A stretch of DNA of 58,132 bases from Desulfobacterales bacterium (GCA_040771865.1 JAXGZF010000005.1:372001-430132); one strand, 5' to 3'. Numbered from the stretch's first letter, positions 31,076 to 42,736 are shown. Notes: generated by a model from the letters alone, not told the origin. Made by a program: numbers and translations.

Positions 31076-31192
31076 GCGGAATGGCGGGCAGGTCACTTCT
31101 TATTTCTCTGAATCCGCGATAACGACCATTTGAATAACTGCACGGATCTTTCCTCTCAATATCATCATGCCTCGTGAGATAAGGAAATCTCC

Positions 31193-31221
31193 TTGACACT
31201 CGGAGGAATTGTCGCTACCCT
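31193..31221 (+). promoter_or_regulatory. Sigma-70-type promoter of the ileS operon
   Basis: TTGACA-N17-TACCCT. Confidence 0.5.
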
Positions 31222-31262
31222 TTCACAATTTCATAAATAAAATCCGTTTTTTGGAGGATTCC

Positions 31263-34052
31263 ATGGACTATAAGGCAACACTGAATCTACCGGTAACCGA
31301 TTTTCCCATGAAGGCCGGTCTGGCCCAGCGTGAGCCGGGTCAGCTCAAGGCCTGGGAAGACGAACGTTTGTATCACCAGATCCGACAGGCATCCAAGGGC
31401 AGGGAGCGTTTCATCCTTCATGACGGCCCTCCGTATGCCAACGGTCATATCCATATCGGCACGGCCCTGAACAAGATATTGAAGGACATTATCATCCGTT
31501 CCCGCCAGATGAGCGGATTTGATGCGGTTTATGTACCCGGGTGGGACTGTCACGGTCTTCCCATCGAGCACAACGTGGACAAGGAGCTGGGCGACAAGAA
31601 GAAAGATCTTTCTCTGACGGAGATTCGAAATCGCTGCCGGGCCTATGCGGAAAGGTTTATCGACATTCAGCGGGAAGAGTTCAAAAGACTTGGCGTCATG
31701 GGCGAATGGGAAAATCCCTACCTGACGATGAGCCGCAACTATGAGGCCTCGATCGCCAGGGAATGTGGAAAATTCGCTCTGGACGGAAGCCTGATTCGAA
31801 GCAAAAAACCCATATACTGGTGTCCGCAGTGCCGGACCGCGCTGGCCGAAGCCGAGATCGAATATGCCGACGAATCCTCTCCGTCGATATTTGTCAAATT
31901 CCGGCTTCAGGACGACCTGAGTTCTCAGGTTCCGGACCTGTCCGGAAAAAAAGTTTTTGTCGTGATCTGGACCACGACCCCCTGGACCCTGCCGGCCAAT
32001 AACGCCGTGGCCCTTCATCCGGATTTTACCTACGCGGCGGTGGATGTCGGGAAAAATGAGGTCCTGATTCTGGCCGATGAACTGGTTTCGCACTGCATGA
32101 TGAGCTTCGGAATTTCCGACTATCAGGTGGTTTCGAAGATGTCCGCCAGAAGCCTGGAGGGCAAAAAATGCCTTCATCCCATGTGTGACCGGACCTCTCT
32201 GATCATCCTGGGCACCCATGTTACCTTGGATGCCGGCACGGGATGCGTGCACACCGCTCCCGGACACGGCCGGGAAGACTACGAGGTGGGGCTTGCCTAC
32301 GATCTGGATGTGTATTCCCCGGTCGACGAGTATGGACGCTTTACCAGCGATGTGAAGGATTTTGCCGGGCAGTTTGTGTTCGACGCCAACGCTCCGATCA
32401 ACGCTCAGCTCAAACAGAGCGGCGTTCTTCTGGCCCAGGAGGACATCGTCCACTCCTATCCGCACTGCTGGCGGTGCAAGAAGCCGGTGATTTTCCGGGC
32501 AACGCCTCAGTGGTTTATTTCCATGGAAAAAAACGGTCTCAGGCAAAAAACACTGGCCGCGATTGATGCGGTTGAATGGATTCCGCACTGGGGACGGGAA
32601 CGGATTTACGGAATGATCGCCAACCGTCCGGACTGGTGCGTTTCCAGACAGCGCGCCTGGGGGGTTCCCATTCCGGTATTTTACTGCAAGGACTGCGATC
32701 AGCTCCTGATCAAGCCGCAGGTCTATGAACGGATTTTTGAACTTTTTTCAGCTCACGGCGCGGATGTCTGGTTCGATAAGCCGGCCGCCGAGCTTCTGCC
32801 GGCCGATGCGGTCTGCTCAAAATGCGGCGGCAGAAACTTTGCCAAGGAATCGGATATTCTCGATGTCTGGTTTGACTCCGGGGTCAGCCATGCGGCGGTC
32901 TTGGAACACCGCCCATACCTGAAATGGCCGGCGGACCTTTATCTGGAAGGCAGCGATCAACACCGGGGATGGTTTCACAGTTCGCTTCTCACCGCGGTGG
33001 GTACCCGAAGCCAGGCGCCGTACCGTTCTGTTCTGACGCATGGATTCGTGGTGGATGCCGAGGGCAAGAAAATGTCCAAGTCCGTGGGCAATATCGTTGC
33101 GCCCAGGGAGGTCATCGACAAGTTCGGGGCCGAGATTCTTCGGCTCTGGGTGTCGGCTTCCGATTACCGAGATGATATTCGAATCTCGGATCAGATTCTC
33201 AAGCACCTCAGCGACGCCTACCGGCGTATTCGCAATACCTGCCGGTTCATGCTGGGCAACCTCTATGATTTTGATCCGAAGACCGATGCGGTGGCGCTTT
33301 CCGATATGCCGGAACTGGACCGTTTCGCCCTCTGCCGGCTTCAGGACCTGATCGAAAGAACCCTGACCGCATACGAAAAATACGAATTGCATGTGATCTA
33401 CCACTCGTTGCACAATTTCTGCACGCTGGATCTTTCGGCGTTTTATCTGGACATTCTCAAGGACCGCCTCTACACCTCTCCGCCAAGGTCGCAGGCGAGG
33501 CGAAGCGCTCAGACGGTTATCTTCAAGGTTCTCGATTCCATGGTCCGGCTGATGGCGCCGATTTTATCCTTTACCGCCGAGGAAATATGGAAATACATGC
33601 CCCAATGGGAAGCGAAAGAACATAGCGTCCATCTGGCCGCTTTTCCGCAAATCGATCCTCAATGCTGCGACGGCGGTCTGGTCGAAACCTGGAAACGTCT
33701 GCTGGATGTCCGATCCGACGTGACCCGCGCCATCGAACAGGCCCGTGCGGAAAAACGCGTGGGACACTCGCTGGATGCCAGGGTGACCCTTGCGGCAGAT
33801 CCTGCGCTGGCGGAATTTCTGAGGCCCTATGAGCCGGAGCTTCGATCGATATTGATCGTATCCCAGGCGGTTCTGATCGACGGCGCCGGTGCTGACGACT
33901 CTTTCCAAAAGGGAGATGTTGAAGGGCTCGCCATCCGCGTGGAACCGGCCAAGGGAGAAAAATGTCAGCGTTGCTGGATCTACGATGCATCGGTTGAAAG
34001 CGATGCGGACCATGTGTGCGCCCGGTGCAGGTCGGCGCTTTCCGATTTCTGA
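31263..34052 (+). CDS. ileS: Isoleucine--tRNA ligase
   Basis: [13 protein letters not shown] (HIGH-like), [23 protein letters not shown]-terminal KCQRCW zinc finger. Confidence 0.98.
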   Translation: MDYKATLNLPVTDFPMKAGLAQREPGQLKAWEDERLYHQIRQASKGRERFILHDGPPYANGHIHIGTALNKILKDIIIRSRQMSGFDAVYVPGWDCHGLPIEHNVDKELGDKKKDLSLTEIRNRCRAYAERFIDIQREEFKRLGVMGEWENPYLTMSRNYEASIARECGKFALDGSLIRSKKPIYWCPQCRTALAEAEIEYADESSPSIFVKFRLQDDLSSQVPDLSGKKVFVVIWTTTPWTLPANNAVALHPDFTYAAVDVGKNEVLILADELVSHCMMSFGISDYQVVSKMSARSLEGKKCLHPMCDRTSLIILGTHVTLDAGTGCVHTAPGHGREDYEVGLAYDLDVYSPVDEYGRFTSDVKDFAGQFVFDANAPINAQLKQSGVLLAQEDIVHSYPHCWRCKKPVIFRATPQWFISMEKNGLRQKTLAAIDAVEWIPHWGRERIYGMIANRPDWCVSRQRAWGVPIPVFYCKDCDQLLIKPQVYERIFELFSAHGADVWFDKPAAELLPADAVCSKCGGRNFAKESDILDVWFDSGVSHAAVLEHRPYLKWPADLYLEGSDQHRGWFHSSLLTAVGTRSQAPYRSVLTHGFVVDAEGKKMSKSVGNIVAPREVIDKFGAEILRLWVSASDYRDDIRISDQILKHLSDAYRRIRNTCRFMLGNLYDFDPKTDAVALSDMPELDRFALCRLQDLIERTLTAYEKYELHVIYHSLHNFCTLDLSAFYLDILKDRLYTSPPRSQARRSAQTVIFKVLDSMVRLMAPILSFTAEEIWKYMPQWEAKEHSVHLAAFPQIDPQCCDGGLVETWKRLLDVRSDVTRAIEQARAEKRVGHSLDARVTLAADPALAEFLRPYEPELRSILIVSQAVLIDGAGADDSFQKGDVEGLAIRVEPAKGEKCQRCWIYDASVESDADHVCARCRSALSDF

Positions 34053-34083
34053 GCTCACGTTAAGGCCGGAAAAGGAGGGCGGA

Positions 34084-34566
34084 TTGAAAAACAAACACCG
34101 AATGCTGGCGGCTGTTTCCGGCGCCGTGATTCTGGCGGACCAGTTCACCAAGATGCTGGTCGATAAAACAATTGACCTGCATCAGAGCATCGAGGTGATA
34201 CCCGGCTTTTTCAGCCTGACCCATATTCTGAATCCCGGCGGCGCATTCGGTTTTCTGGCAAGACAGAGCGCTTCCGTGCGCCGGCTGGTCTTTCTCGGGG
34301 CAACCCTGGGCGCCATGGGCCTGATTTTGTATCTGTACCGGAAAACACCGCCAACCCACAGCTGGCTGCTGGCCGGATTCGCCCTGATTTTCGGAGGCGC
34401 CGTCGGCAACCTGATCGATCGGATTCGAACGGGGAAGGTGGTGGATTTTCTCGATTTTTACATCGGGACCCTGCACTGGCCGGCATTCAATGTGGCGGAC
34501 AGCGCAGTATCGATCGGCGTAACGATATTTCTGTTTCATCTGATTTTCAACAAACTCCCCGATTGA
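34084..34566 (+). CDS. lspA: Lipoprotein signal peptidase II
   Basis: TTG after GGAGGG; DQFTK, NPGGAFG, GNLIDR, VVDFLD, FNVADSA. Confidence 0.95.
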   Translation: MKNKHRMLAAVSGAVILADQFTKMLVDKTIDLHQSIEVIPGFFSLTHILNPGGAFGFLARQSASVRRLVFLGATLGAMGLILYLYRKTPPTHSWLLAGFALIFGGAVGNLIDRIRTGKVVDFLDFYIGTLHWPAFNVADSAVSIGVTIFLFHLIFNKLPD

Positions 34567-34589
34567 ATTCGGTCTGCGGAAAGGGCTTT

Positions 34590-35375
34590 ATGTATCCGGT
34601 GCTTTTCAGATTCGGCGGTTTGTCCGTCTATGCCTACGGCCTGTTTGTGGGCATGGGGTTTCTCCTGGGCCTGTATCTGGCCAGGAAGGAAGCCGTCCGG
34701 GCGGAGTTGGACCCGAACCGGATTGTCGACCTGTGTTTTTATATCCTGATCGCCGCCATTATCGGTTCCCGTCTGTTTTACGTTTTCACGCGCCCGGATA
34801 TCTTCATGAAGGATCCCGTGGAGATCTTCCGAATCTGGAACGGCGGGCTTGTCTTTTACGGCGGCTTTATCGCCGCCGTGATGACAGCCGTGGTCTACCT
34901 CAAGCATCAGGCCCTTCCCCTGTGGAAAACCGCCGACATACTGGCGCCCGCTCTGGCCGCCGGGCATTTCATGGGGCGGATCGGGTGCTTTTTTGCGGGA
35001 TGCTGCTACGGCCGGCCCTGCGATCTTCCCTGGGCGATTACCTTTACCCGTCCGGACAGCCTGGCGCCGCAGGGCACTCCGCTTCACCCCACGCAGCTTT
35101 ACGAATCCCTGAGCAACCTGGCGCTGTTCGGAATTCTCTGGGCGTTTCGCAGACATACCCGGTTTGAAGGACAGCTCTTCTGGATTTATGTGCTGCTTTA
35201 CGGCGTTATCCGTTCTGTCGTCGAGCGCTTTCGAGGCGATTTCCGGGGAGCGCTTTTTTTCGGCATGTTTTCCCCCTCCCAGTTCGTCGGAATGTGCGCG
35301 GCCCTGGTCGCTGTCTTCATGCTGATTCGTCTGAGCCGAAGATCCCGGGTCGGCGTTCGAAACAACCGGGCCTGA
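34590..35375 (+). CDS. lgt: Prolipoprotein diacylglyceryl transferase
   Basis: GSRLFYV, IWNGGLVFYGG, GRIGCF, HPTQLYE, ERFRGD. Confidence 0.95.
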   Translation: MYPVLFRFGGLSVYAYGLFVGMGFLLGLYLARKEAVRAELDPNRIVDLCFYILIAAIIGSRLFYVFTRPDIFMKDPVEIFRIWNGGLVFYGGFIAAVMTAVVYLKHQALPLWKTADILAPALAAGHFMGRIGCFFAGCCYGRPCDLPWAITFTRPDSLAPQGTPLHPTQLYESLSNLALFGILWAFRRHTRFEGQLFWIYVLLYGVIRSVVERFRGDFRGALFFGMFSPSQFVGMCAALVAVFMLIRLSRRSRVGVRNNRA

Positions 35376-35381
35376 TCGCTC

Positions 35382-36851
35382 ATGACCGCGATGGATTATT
35401 CCGCTTTTAAATCTTATATCAAAGATCTGACCCCTGAGCAGGCAAGGGCAATCTACCTGGTCCACGGCCAGGAAATGCTGTGCGGTACCGTTGTTCAGGA
35501 GCTGATTCAGGCTCTGGTGCCCGAATCCGATCGTGAGTTTAACTGTGAATACTTCGAAGGCGAACATGAGCGTGTGGTGGAAGCGGTTCAGAAACTCAGA
35601 ACCTTTTCCATGCTGCCCGGTCCCAAACTAGTCATCCTTCAGGATCCTGAAATATTTCAGGGGCGGCGGGACCCCTCTTTGTTTTTCAAAAAGGCGAAGG
35701 ATGCCCTGGACAAGGAAGACATAACCCGGGCCGCCGGCTATCTGGCCAGGGCCCTGGCGCTTCAGGGGCGCGTCTTCGAGGACCTGAGACCGGGACAGAG
35801 TGAGAAAATCTTCGATTCCGCCGATCTTGCCGAAGATGAAAGCTGGATGGAAACCCTTGCCGCCCATGCGGTCAGTCACAACATCGCGGTGCCTTGCACC
35901 GGAGATACGGCCGGACTGCTGGAAAGGGTTATTGAAAAAGGTTTTCCGCAGGGAAACCATCTGATCCTGGTGCTTCAGAGCGTGGAAAAGCGAAGCGCGC
36001 TTTTCCAGGCCATTGAAGAAAAGGGCATGGTCGTTGACTGTTCGGTTCCGGCCGGGGAGCGGAAGGCCGATCGAAAACTTCAGGACGCGGTATTGCATCA
36101 GCAGATGTCCGAAAGGCTTCAGAAAAGCGGAAAGCAGATGGCCCGCGATGCCTATGATGCACTTTTCGACATGACCGGCTTTGACCCGAGAAATTTTTTC
36201 AACAACCTGGACAAGCTGATCGATTTCACCGGGGAGCGAAAGCGGATTACCGTCGCGGATGTGCGGGCCGTTCTGAGCCGCACCCGGCAGGATCCGATCT
36301 ACGCTCTGACCGGCGCCGTGGCGGAAAGAAAGCTCGCCGATTCGCTGGCACTGGTTGACTCCCTGCTGAAAACCGGCCTGCATCCGCTGCAGATTCTGTC
36401 CGCCCTGATCAATCAGGTTCGAAAGCTGCTGCTGATTCGGGATTTCTCGGAAAGAAATCCACAGATCCGCAAACTGCGGGATCAGTCCTTTCCGGTATTC
36501 AACAGCCAGGTGGCGCCACTGATGGCATCCTACGATCAGATGCTTTCCGACCGCCTGAATCACTGGCAGGAAGCGCAGGCAGAAAGCGCAAACGATTCCG
36601 GATCCAAATCCAGGCGTCGCAGACAGCCGGCTTCGGATCTTTTTATTGTCAAAAATTCAAAAAGTACTTATCATATCTATTCCTTGTGGCGGCTTTCCTA
36701 CAATTTTTCCCGGGCCGATCTTATGGCCGCGGTCGATTGCCTGGCCGAGGCGGATTATCAGCTCAAATCCACCGGACAGGCCCCGAAGATCATTCTGGAA
36801 CACGCGCTGATGCGGATCTGCCTGCCTGCCGGCGCGGAGGCCGAAGGATGA
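35382..36851 (+). CDS. holA: DNA polymerase III delta subunit-like protein (long form)
   Basis: IYLVHGQE, FN..F.G, NNLDKL...ITVADV, IYALTGAV, HPLQIL, ADYQLKSTG..P..ILE follow the HolA pattern, with insertions. Confidence 0.75.
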   Translation: MTAMDYSAFKSYIKDLTPEQARAIYLVHGQEMLCGTVVQELIQALVPESDREFNCEYFEGEHERVVEAVQKLRTFSMLPGPKLVILQDPEIFQGRRDPSLFFKKAKDALDKEDITRAAGYLARALALQGRVFEDLRPGQSEKIFDSADLAEDESWMETLAAHAVSHNIAVPCTGDTAGLLERVIEKGFPQGNHLILVLQSVEKRSALFQAIEEKGMVVDCSVPAGERKADRKLQDAVLHQQMSERLQKSGKQMARDAYDALFDMTGFDPRNFFNNLDKLIDFTGERKRITVADVRAVLSRTRQDPIYALTGAVAERKLADSLALVDSLLKTGLHPLQILSALINQVRKLLLIRDFSERNPQIRKLRDQSFPVFNSQVAPLMASYDQMLSDRLNHWQEAQAESANDSGSKSRRRRQPASDLFIVKNSKSTYHIYSLWRLSYNFSRADLMAAVDCLAEADYQLKSTGQAPKIILEHALMRICLPAGAEAEG

Positions 36852-36879
36852 GGCCGCCGGTTTCAAAGGGAGGGTGATC

Positions 36880-38283
36880 ATGCCCAAAACCAAGATCGTT
36901 TGCACCATCGGCCCCGTCAGCGAAACGCGGGACATGATCCGTGAACTGGTTGCCGGCGGAATGGATGTGGCCCGGTTGAATTTTTCCCATGGAACGCATG
37001 CCGAACATCTTGAAAAAATTCGAATCATTCGCGCGGTTTCAGAAGATCTGGGAAAACCGGTCGCGATTCTTCAGGATCTGTGCGGCCCGAAAATACGGGT
37101 CGGCGTGATTCCGGAACCCGGATTGCGGCTTTCGCCGGGGCAGACATTCGTTTTGACCGGTGATCCGGTCGAAGGCACTTTGGAACGCGTTTCGGTTTCC
37201 TACGATGATCTGTCCAAAGAGGTCCGTCCCGGAGATTCCATCCTGATGGCCGACGGGATGTTGGAATTAACCGTGCTGTACTCCGCCGGGCCCGACATTG
37301 TCTGCAAGGTGATCACCGGCGGTGTTCTGACCTCTCACAAAGGGGTCAACCTGCCGTCTTCGACGATATCGGTCGACGCCATGACGTCCAAGGATTACGA
37401 GGACCTTCTTTTCGGACTGGAAAACGATGTGGATTTTGTGGCCCTGTCTTTCGTGCGCAGAGCCGAGGACATTCTTCATCTGAAACGCATTATTTCGAAG
37501 AACCGGAAAAGCGTGCCGGTCATCGCCAAGATCGAGAAACACGAGGCCCTGGACAACATCGAGGCAATCATGGACGCGGCTGACGGCATTATGGTGGCCC
37601 GGGGGGATCTGGGTGTGGAGATCGCGCTTGAAAGAGTGCCCGCCATTCAGAAAATGCTGGTGAAAATGGCGAACAAACTGGGCAAGCCGGTCATTATCGC
37701 CACCCAGATGCTTCGATCCATGGTGGATTCTCCCCGCCCCACCCGTGCGGAAGCGGCCGACGTCGCCAATGCGGTTCTGGACGGCGCCGATGCGGTCATG
37801 CTTTCCGAAGAGACGGCCTCGGGAGGATTTCCGGTCGAGTCGGTGAAATTCATGGCGCGCATCGCTGAAAACGCGGAGAAAAGCTTCGACCATGAACGGT
37901 ATCTGAAGATGATGCCCGAAAAGAATATTTCCGAATCAGTGGCCTATGCATCCTGCATTCTGGCCGATCACCTGAATGCCGCCGTCATTGCGGCCACCAC
38001 CCGGTCCGGATTCACGGCGGCAAACATATCCCGGTTCAAACCCCGTTCCAGGATTCTGGCCCTGTCGCCGGATTTACGCACTGTCAGACGTCTAACGCTT
38101 TACTGGGGCTGTATTCCCAGTCTGGTTCGGGAAACCCGGGATACGGACGAAAAAATCGAGCAGACCGCCCAGACAGTCTGGAAGACCGGATTGGTCGGCA
38201 AAGGCGATCTGGCCGTCATTACGGCCGGTCATCCGGTATGGGCGCAGGGCACAACCAATATGCTCAGGGTCAAACAATTCTGA
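36880..38283 (+). CDS. pyk: Pyruvate kinase
   Basis: KTKIVCTIGP, ARLNFSHG, IAKIEK, MVARGDLG, ATQML, DAVMLSEETA. Confidence 0.97.
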   Translation: MPKTKIVCTIGPVSETRDMIRELVAGGMDVARLNFSHGTHAEHLEKIRIIRAVSEDLGKPVAILQDLCGPKIRVGVIPEPGLRLSPGQTFVLTGDPVEGTLERVSVSYDDLSKEVRPGDSILMADGMLELTVLYSAGPDIVCKVITGGVLTSHKGVNLPSSTISVDAMTSKDYEDLLFGLENDVDFVALSFVRRAEDILHLKRIISKNRKSVPVIAKIEKHEALDNIEAIMDAADGIMVARGDLGVEIALERVPAIQKMLVKMANKLGKPVIIATQMLRSMVDSPRPTRAEAADVANAVLDGADAVMLSEETASGGFPVESVKFMARIAENAEKSFDHERYLKMMPEKNISESVAYASCILADHLNAAVIAATTRSGFTAANISRFKPRSRILALSPDLRTVRRLTLYWGCIPSLVRETRDTDEKIEQTAQTVWKTGLVGKGDLAVITAGHPVWAQGTTNMLRVKQF

Positions 38284-38312
38284 ACCCCGGTGGTATGGAG
38301 GAAAGGACGGCA

Positions 38313-38534
38313 ATGGGATTTGTCAGAAATCAGGAAGAGAAGCTGGCGATGCGGCTGCTGGCATGGAAATATCAGAAGGCCGGCATGCCGCTCCCTGAAC
38401 TGTCGGTGCTTCGCGAGCAGGCGGCCGGCGTGGTGGACGAGGCGCATCAGATTGCCAAAAAACACGGACAGAACGTGATGTCTATTATTAAAGATCTGAC
38501 CTCGAATTTGACCCAAAAACATCCTGACGCATGA
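38313..38534 (+). CDS. Small hypothetical protein
   Basis: ATG after GGAGGAAAGG; 73 aa, between pyk and argC. Confidence 0.6.
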   Translation: MGFVRNQEEKLAMRLLAWKYQKAGMPLPELSVLREQAAGVVDEAHQIAKKHGQNVMSIIKDLTSNLTQKHPDA

Positions 38535-38603
38535 AGCCGTGCGTCGACCGATACGGTTGCACCGGCATTTTGCCGTGCGCCGTTATTTTGAAGGAGGAAT
38601 TTT

Positions 38604-39641
38604 ATGGTGCGAGTCGGTGTGCTGGGCGCAACGGGATATGCCGGCGCAGAACTGGTTCGATTGCTGATCGGGCATCCGGATGTCGAGTTGACGATCATTA
38701 CCTCCCGGCAGTATGCCGGAATCCGGCTGGACAAGATATATCCGGCCTTTTCCGGGTACGTGGATCTGGTCTGTCAACCGTATTCCGAAGAAAAGGTCAG
38801 CGAAATGGCCGATGTGGTGTTTACCTCGCTGCCGCATCAGCTTCCCATGGAACTGATTCCAGGGCTGATCCGCTGTCAGAAACGGGTCATCGATCTTTCG
38901 GCGGATTTCCGGTTCCGGAATCTCTCGACCTACGAGGCCTTTTATCAGCCGCATGCGGCAAAGGAGTTGACCGAACAAGCCGTGTACGGCCTGAGCGAGG
39001 TGTATACCGAACAGATACGCAAAGCGGACCTGATCGGAAATCCGGGGTGCTATCCGACCAGCGTGCTGCTGCCGCTGGTTCCCCTGATTCGAAAGCGCAT
39101 GATAGACCTCGATCACATCATTGCCGACTCCAAGTCCGGGGTCAGCGGCGCGGGGCGTTCGCTTTCCATTTCCAGCCATTTCTGCTCGGTCAATGATTCG
39201 TTCAAAGCGTATAAGGTCGGCGCTCACCGGCATACTCCGGAAATGCAGGAGATCCTCGGCCGGGAGGCGGGGAGGCCGGTGCCGCTTTGTTTCGTGCCTC
39301 ACCTTGTGCCCATGACTCGGGGCATGCTCACCACCCTGTACCTGAGGCCCGCGGGCGCGGTTTCCGCTGAAGCCATGCGGAGCTGCATCAGCGAGGCTTA
39401 CGCGGGAAGACGTTTCGTGCGCCTCTGTTCGGATGATCTGATGCCCGATACGCTGAACGTTCGCGGAACGAACATCTGTGAGATCGGCGTTCGAAAAGAC
39501 AAGAGAAGCGAACAGATCGTCCTTGTCTCAGTGATCGACAACCTGGTGAAAGGCGCGGCCGGACAGGCTGTTCAGAACATGAACATTATGCTGGGGCTGA
39601 ATGAGGCCCGGGGGCTGGACGCCGTCCCTTTTCCGCTTTAA
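38604..39641 (+). CDS. argC: N-acetyl-gamma-glutamyl-phosphate reductase
   Basis: GATGYAG, DLSADFR, NPGCYPT, SGVSGAGR, DNLVKGAAGQA. Confidence 0.97.
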   Translation: MVRVGVLGATGYAGAELVRLLIGHPDVELTIITSRQYAGIRLDKIYPAFSGYVDLVCQPYSEEKVSEMADVVFTSLPHQLPMELIPGLIRCQKRVIDLSADFRFRNLSTYEAFYQPHAAKELTEQAVYGLSEVYTEQIRKADLIGNPGCYPTSVLLPLVPLIRKRMIDLDHIIADSKSGVSGAGRSLSISSHFCSVNDSFKAYKVGAHRHTPEMQEILGREAGRPVPLCFVPHLVPMTRGMLTTLYLRPAGAVSAEAMRSCISEAYAGRRFVRLCSDDLMPDTLNVRGTNICEIGVRKDKRSEQIVLVSVIDNLVKGAAGQAVQNMNIMLGLNEARGLDAVPFPL

Positions 39642-39660
39642 CGGGTCGCCGGAAAACTGC

Positions 39661-39697
39661 GCCCGACGACCGGATTCTTGTTTTTTCAACAGCCTGT
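39661..39697 (+). repeat. Truncated end of the MITE-like repeat (copy 3)
   Basis: CCCGACGACCGGATTCTTGTTTTTTCAACAGCCTGT matches the right end of copies 1 and 2. Confidence 0.65.
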
Positions 39698-39720
39698 ATT
39701 ACAGTTTTTTCAGAAACAAC

Positions 39721-39750
39721 GGAGCCGAAGTCCTTTAGGGACCTCGGCTC
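39721..39750. terminator. Hairpin between convergent argC and dctM
   Basis: GGAGCCGA-AGTCCTTTAGGGACC-TCGGCTCC. Confidence 0.5.
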
Positions 39751-39775
39751 CGATCGTTTTGTCGACGCGTGTATT

Positions 39776-41077
39776 TTACCGTATCAGACCCGGCAGGTAC
39801 AGGGCGATCTGCGGAAACGGAATCAGCAGAAAGGTTCCGATGATCAGCGCAATCAGAAAGGGCACCACCCCCTTGAAAATCACCTCAAGCGGAACGTCCC
39901 TGGCCACGCCGTTGACCACGTAGACGTTGATTCCCACCGGCGGGGTGATGATTCCGATCTGCGTGATCAGAACGATGATCACGCCGAACCAGATCGGATC
40001 GTATCCGAAGTGGGTGATGACCGGATAGAAGATCGGAACCGTCAGCATGATCAGGGCCAGGGCATCAATAAAACATCCACCCACCAGATAGACGAGAATG
40101 ATGAAAAACATGATTACGTAAGGCGGCAGATCAAAACCCGATATCCAGTTGGCGATGTCAAAGGGGATTCTGGATACGGCCAAAAAGTGGCCGAATATGG
40201 TTGCTCCGGCCACGATGACCAGAATCATGCACGAGATTCGCGTGGTTTCAAACAGGGCGGCAATAAAACCCTTCCAGGTCAGATTGCGTTTCACGACGGC
40301 CAGCGCCAGCGTGCCGAAGGCGCCGATGCCGCCGGCTTCCGTGGGCGTGAAGAAGCCGGCAAAAAGCCCTCCCATCACCAGCAGAAACAGGACCAGGGTT
40401 TCGACCAGACCGGAGAGAGAAGCGATCATTTCCCTGAAGCTTGCCCTTTGCGCGCGCGGCGCGAGCTCGGGTTTCAGCATGGCCCAGACAACAATGGTGA
40501 CGATGAACAGCAGGGTCAGCAGGATTCCGGGAATGATCCCTGCTATGAAGAGCTTCCCGATGGACTGTTCGGTCATGATTCCATAAACGATGAAAATCAC
40601 GCTGGGAGGAATCAATATGCCGAGGCTGCCGCCGGCTGCCACCACGCCGGTGGCAAGGCCGGCCTTGTAATTATACCGTTTCATTTCCGGCAGGGTGGCT
40701 GCAGCCATGGTGGCCGCCGTCGCGTTTGTGGAACCGCAGATGGCCGAAAACGCGGCGCAGGCCCAGATGGTGGCGATCGCCAGGCCTCCGGGCAGATGGC
40801 CCATGAATTTATAGGCCGTGTCGAACAGACGCGCACTGATTCCGGAATGAAAGGCGATCTGACCCATGAGCACGAACAGGGGAATGACCGTCAGATTATA
40901 CGATCCGAATACCGCAAACACATCCCTGGCGATCAGGTTCAGCGAGGCTTCAAAGGATACCAGAAAGCCGAAGCCGACGAAACCGATCAATGCCATGAGA
41001 AATCCCACCGGCATCTTGGAGAATATCAGGATCAGCAGCGCAGAAATGCCGATCAGGCCGACGATCGTGGGGCTCAT
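39776..41077 (-). CDS. dctM: TRAP transporter large permease (DctM)
   Basis: IPLFVLMG, GGSLGILIPPS, FTPTEAG, ITPPVGIN; start overlaps the dctQ stop. Confidence 0.93.
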   Translation of the reverse strand: MSPTIVGLIGISALLILIFSKMPVGFLMALIGFVGFGFLVSFEASLNLIARDVFAVFGSYNLTVIPLFVLMGQIAFHSGISARLFDTAYKFMGHLPGGLAIATIWACAAFSAICGSTNATAATMAAATLPEMKRYNYKAGLATGVVAAGGSLGILIPPSVIFIVYGIMTEQSIGKLFIAGIIPGILLTLLFIVTIVVWAMLKPELAPRAQRASFREMIASLSGLVETLVLFLLVMGGLFAGFFTPTEAGGIGAFGTLALAVVKRNLTWKGFIAALFETTRISCMILVIVAGATIFGHFLAVSRIPFDIANWISGFDLPPYVIMFFIILVYLVGGCFIDALALIMLTVPIFYPVITHFGYDPIWFGVIIVLITQIGIITPPVGINVYVVNGVARDVPLEVIFKGVVPFLIALIIGTFLLIPFPQIALYLPGLIR

Positions 41078-41556
41078 TGAACGATCCTTCTGATTGATTG
41101 AATCAACTCCAGCAGCAGCACAATGCAAAGCGCCGCGCATCCGATCGCGATTCCGTACACAAAGGGATAAATCGGCATCTGAATGGTGAGGCTGACCTCG
41201 CCGCTCTGTTTCAGGACGCCTGCATACACGACGCATTGCCGGCAGATGAAGAAAAACAGAACCAGTGAAAGAAAATCGTTTGCCGCGGCAACGACTGCCT
41301 GAGTCTGTCGGGACAGCTTGCTCACCAGAAATTCAACGGCGATGTGTCCTTTTTCCACGGAGGTGTAGGCCAGGGAAAAGGAAACCGCGACGACGCCCAG
41401 CAGACCGACGATCTCGTAGACTCCGGGAATCGGCGTCGCCACCAGCCGCATGATTACATCGGTCGTGGTCAGCAGCATCATGATCACAATTGCAATGCAT
41501 GCGATCCAGTTGAATCCGACGGCAAACGATTTGGTTTTTTGATACGCTCGGTCCAT
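41074..41556 (-). CDS. dctQ: TRAP transporter small permease (DctQ)
   Basis: 4 TM segments, DVIMR, GHIAV; lies between dctP and dctM. Confidence 0.88.
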   Translation of the reverse strand: MDRAYQKTKSFAVGFNWIACIAIVIMMLLTTTDVIMRLVATPIPGVYEIVGLLGVVAVSFSLAYTSVEKGHIAVEFLVSKLSRQTQAVVAAANDFLSLVLFFFICRQCVVYAGVLKQSGEVSLTIQMPIYPFVYGIAIGCAALCIVLLLELIQSIRRIVQ

Positions 41557-41580
41557 GAAAGCATTCCTTACGGATTTTGA

Positions 41581-42606
41581 TCAGTGCTTCCGATATTTTT
41601 CAATCAGGGCCCTGACCGTTGCGACGGCCTTTTCACCGTCCAGTCCCTTTTCTTTCTGGGCATTGGCATACTGATCGATGATCGGCTGAACCTTTTCGGC
41701 CCAGCGCTTGCTTTCGGCATCGGTCAGCGGAATGATCGCATTGCCCAGGCTCTGAGTGTAGTTTCGACCCTCGATGTCCAGGTCATCCCAGATTTTTCCA
41801 TGACGACCCACCCATTCCGAGTTGATCTCCTCAATCGTCTTCTGAATATCGGCGGGCAGGGCGTTCCACTTGCTTTTGTTCATGACCACATACATCGCAG
41901 TGGTGTACCCCACCGAGAAGCTGTCCGTCGTGGAGCGGACCACTTCGGCCTGGCGCCATCCCTTCAGGGTTTCGATGGGCGTGAAGGTTCCGTCGACCAC
42001 GCCTTTCTGCAGCGATTCATAGGTTTCCGGCTGCGGCATGGCCACGGGAACTCCGCCGAGCGCCTCGACCACCTTGGCGCTGAGCCCGGTCGACCGGATT
42101 TTCATTCCCTTGAGATCCTCCATGGTTGCAACCGGCTTCTGCGTGTGAAGCAACCCGGGGCCATGGGCGTGAATGTAAAGCACCTTGACGTCATCCAGTT
42201 CCTTGGGCGCCATGGTCCTGGCATATTCGTCGGCTACGCGGGTGGCGACCTGACCGCTGGGATATCCCATGGGAAGGTCCACGGCCTCCATCAGGGGAAA
42301 CCGTCCGCGGTTGTAGGCAAAACAGGACATGCCGATATCCGAGATGCCGTTGACCACGCCGTCGTAGCACTGATCGGCCTTGGTCAGCGTTCCGCCGGGA
42401 AAAACCGTAATCTTGACCGCGCCGTTGGTGCGTTTTTCAACTTCCTGGGCCCATTCCACACCCGCTTTGCACTGGCCGTGGGTCGGGGGAAAGAAAATGC
42501 TGTAAGTCAGGTTAAAGGTTTTGCCCTCTGCGGCAGATGCGAATCCAGGCATCAGGCAGGCGGCGCCGAAGACAAGGACCAGACTCAAGAAAAGCAGACG
42601 TTTCAT
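41581..42606 (-). CDS. dctP: TRAP transporter substrate-binding protein (DctP family)
   Basis: Signal peptide; [40 protein letters not shown]. Confidence 0.93.
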   Translation of the reverse strand: MKRLLFLSLVLVFGAACLMPGFASAAEGKTFNLTYSIFFPPTHGQCKAGVEWAQEVEKRTNGAVKITVFPGGTLTKADQCYDGVVNGISDIGMSCFAYNRGRFPLMEAVDLPMGYPSGQVATRVADEYARTMAPKELDDVKVLYIHAHGPGLLHTQKPVATMEDLKGMKIRSTGLSAKVVEALGGVPVAMPQPETYESLQKGVVDGTFTPIETLKGWRQAEVVRSTTDSFSVGYTTAMYVVMNKSKWNALPADIQKTIEEINSEWVGRHGKIWDDLDIEGRNYTQSLGNAIIPLTDAESKRWAEKVQPIIDQYANAQKEKGLDGEKAVATVRALIEKYRKH

Positions 42607-42736
42607 AAATTCCTCCGTTTAAAGTTGGAAGTTTTATCCGTGGATAGAAAACTCGATCCAGTGGGTTGTCAAAAAAGCCTTGCGGCGAAAAACTGCGGGG
42701 AAGCCTGCTCACCCTTGGGGTTCAGGGCGGCAGGCA

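Noticed and set aside
31070..31120. CDF gene ends Cys-TGA followed by GCGGA...TCCGC pairing and GCAGGTC, hinting at a C-terminal selenocysteine
   Set aside because: The upper stem is very weak, read-through adds only an unremarkable 12 residues, and the protein appears complete
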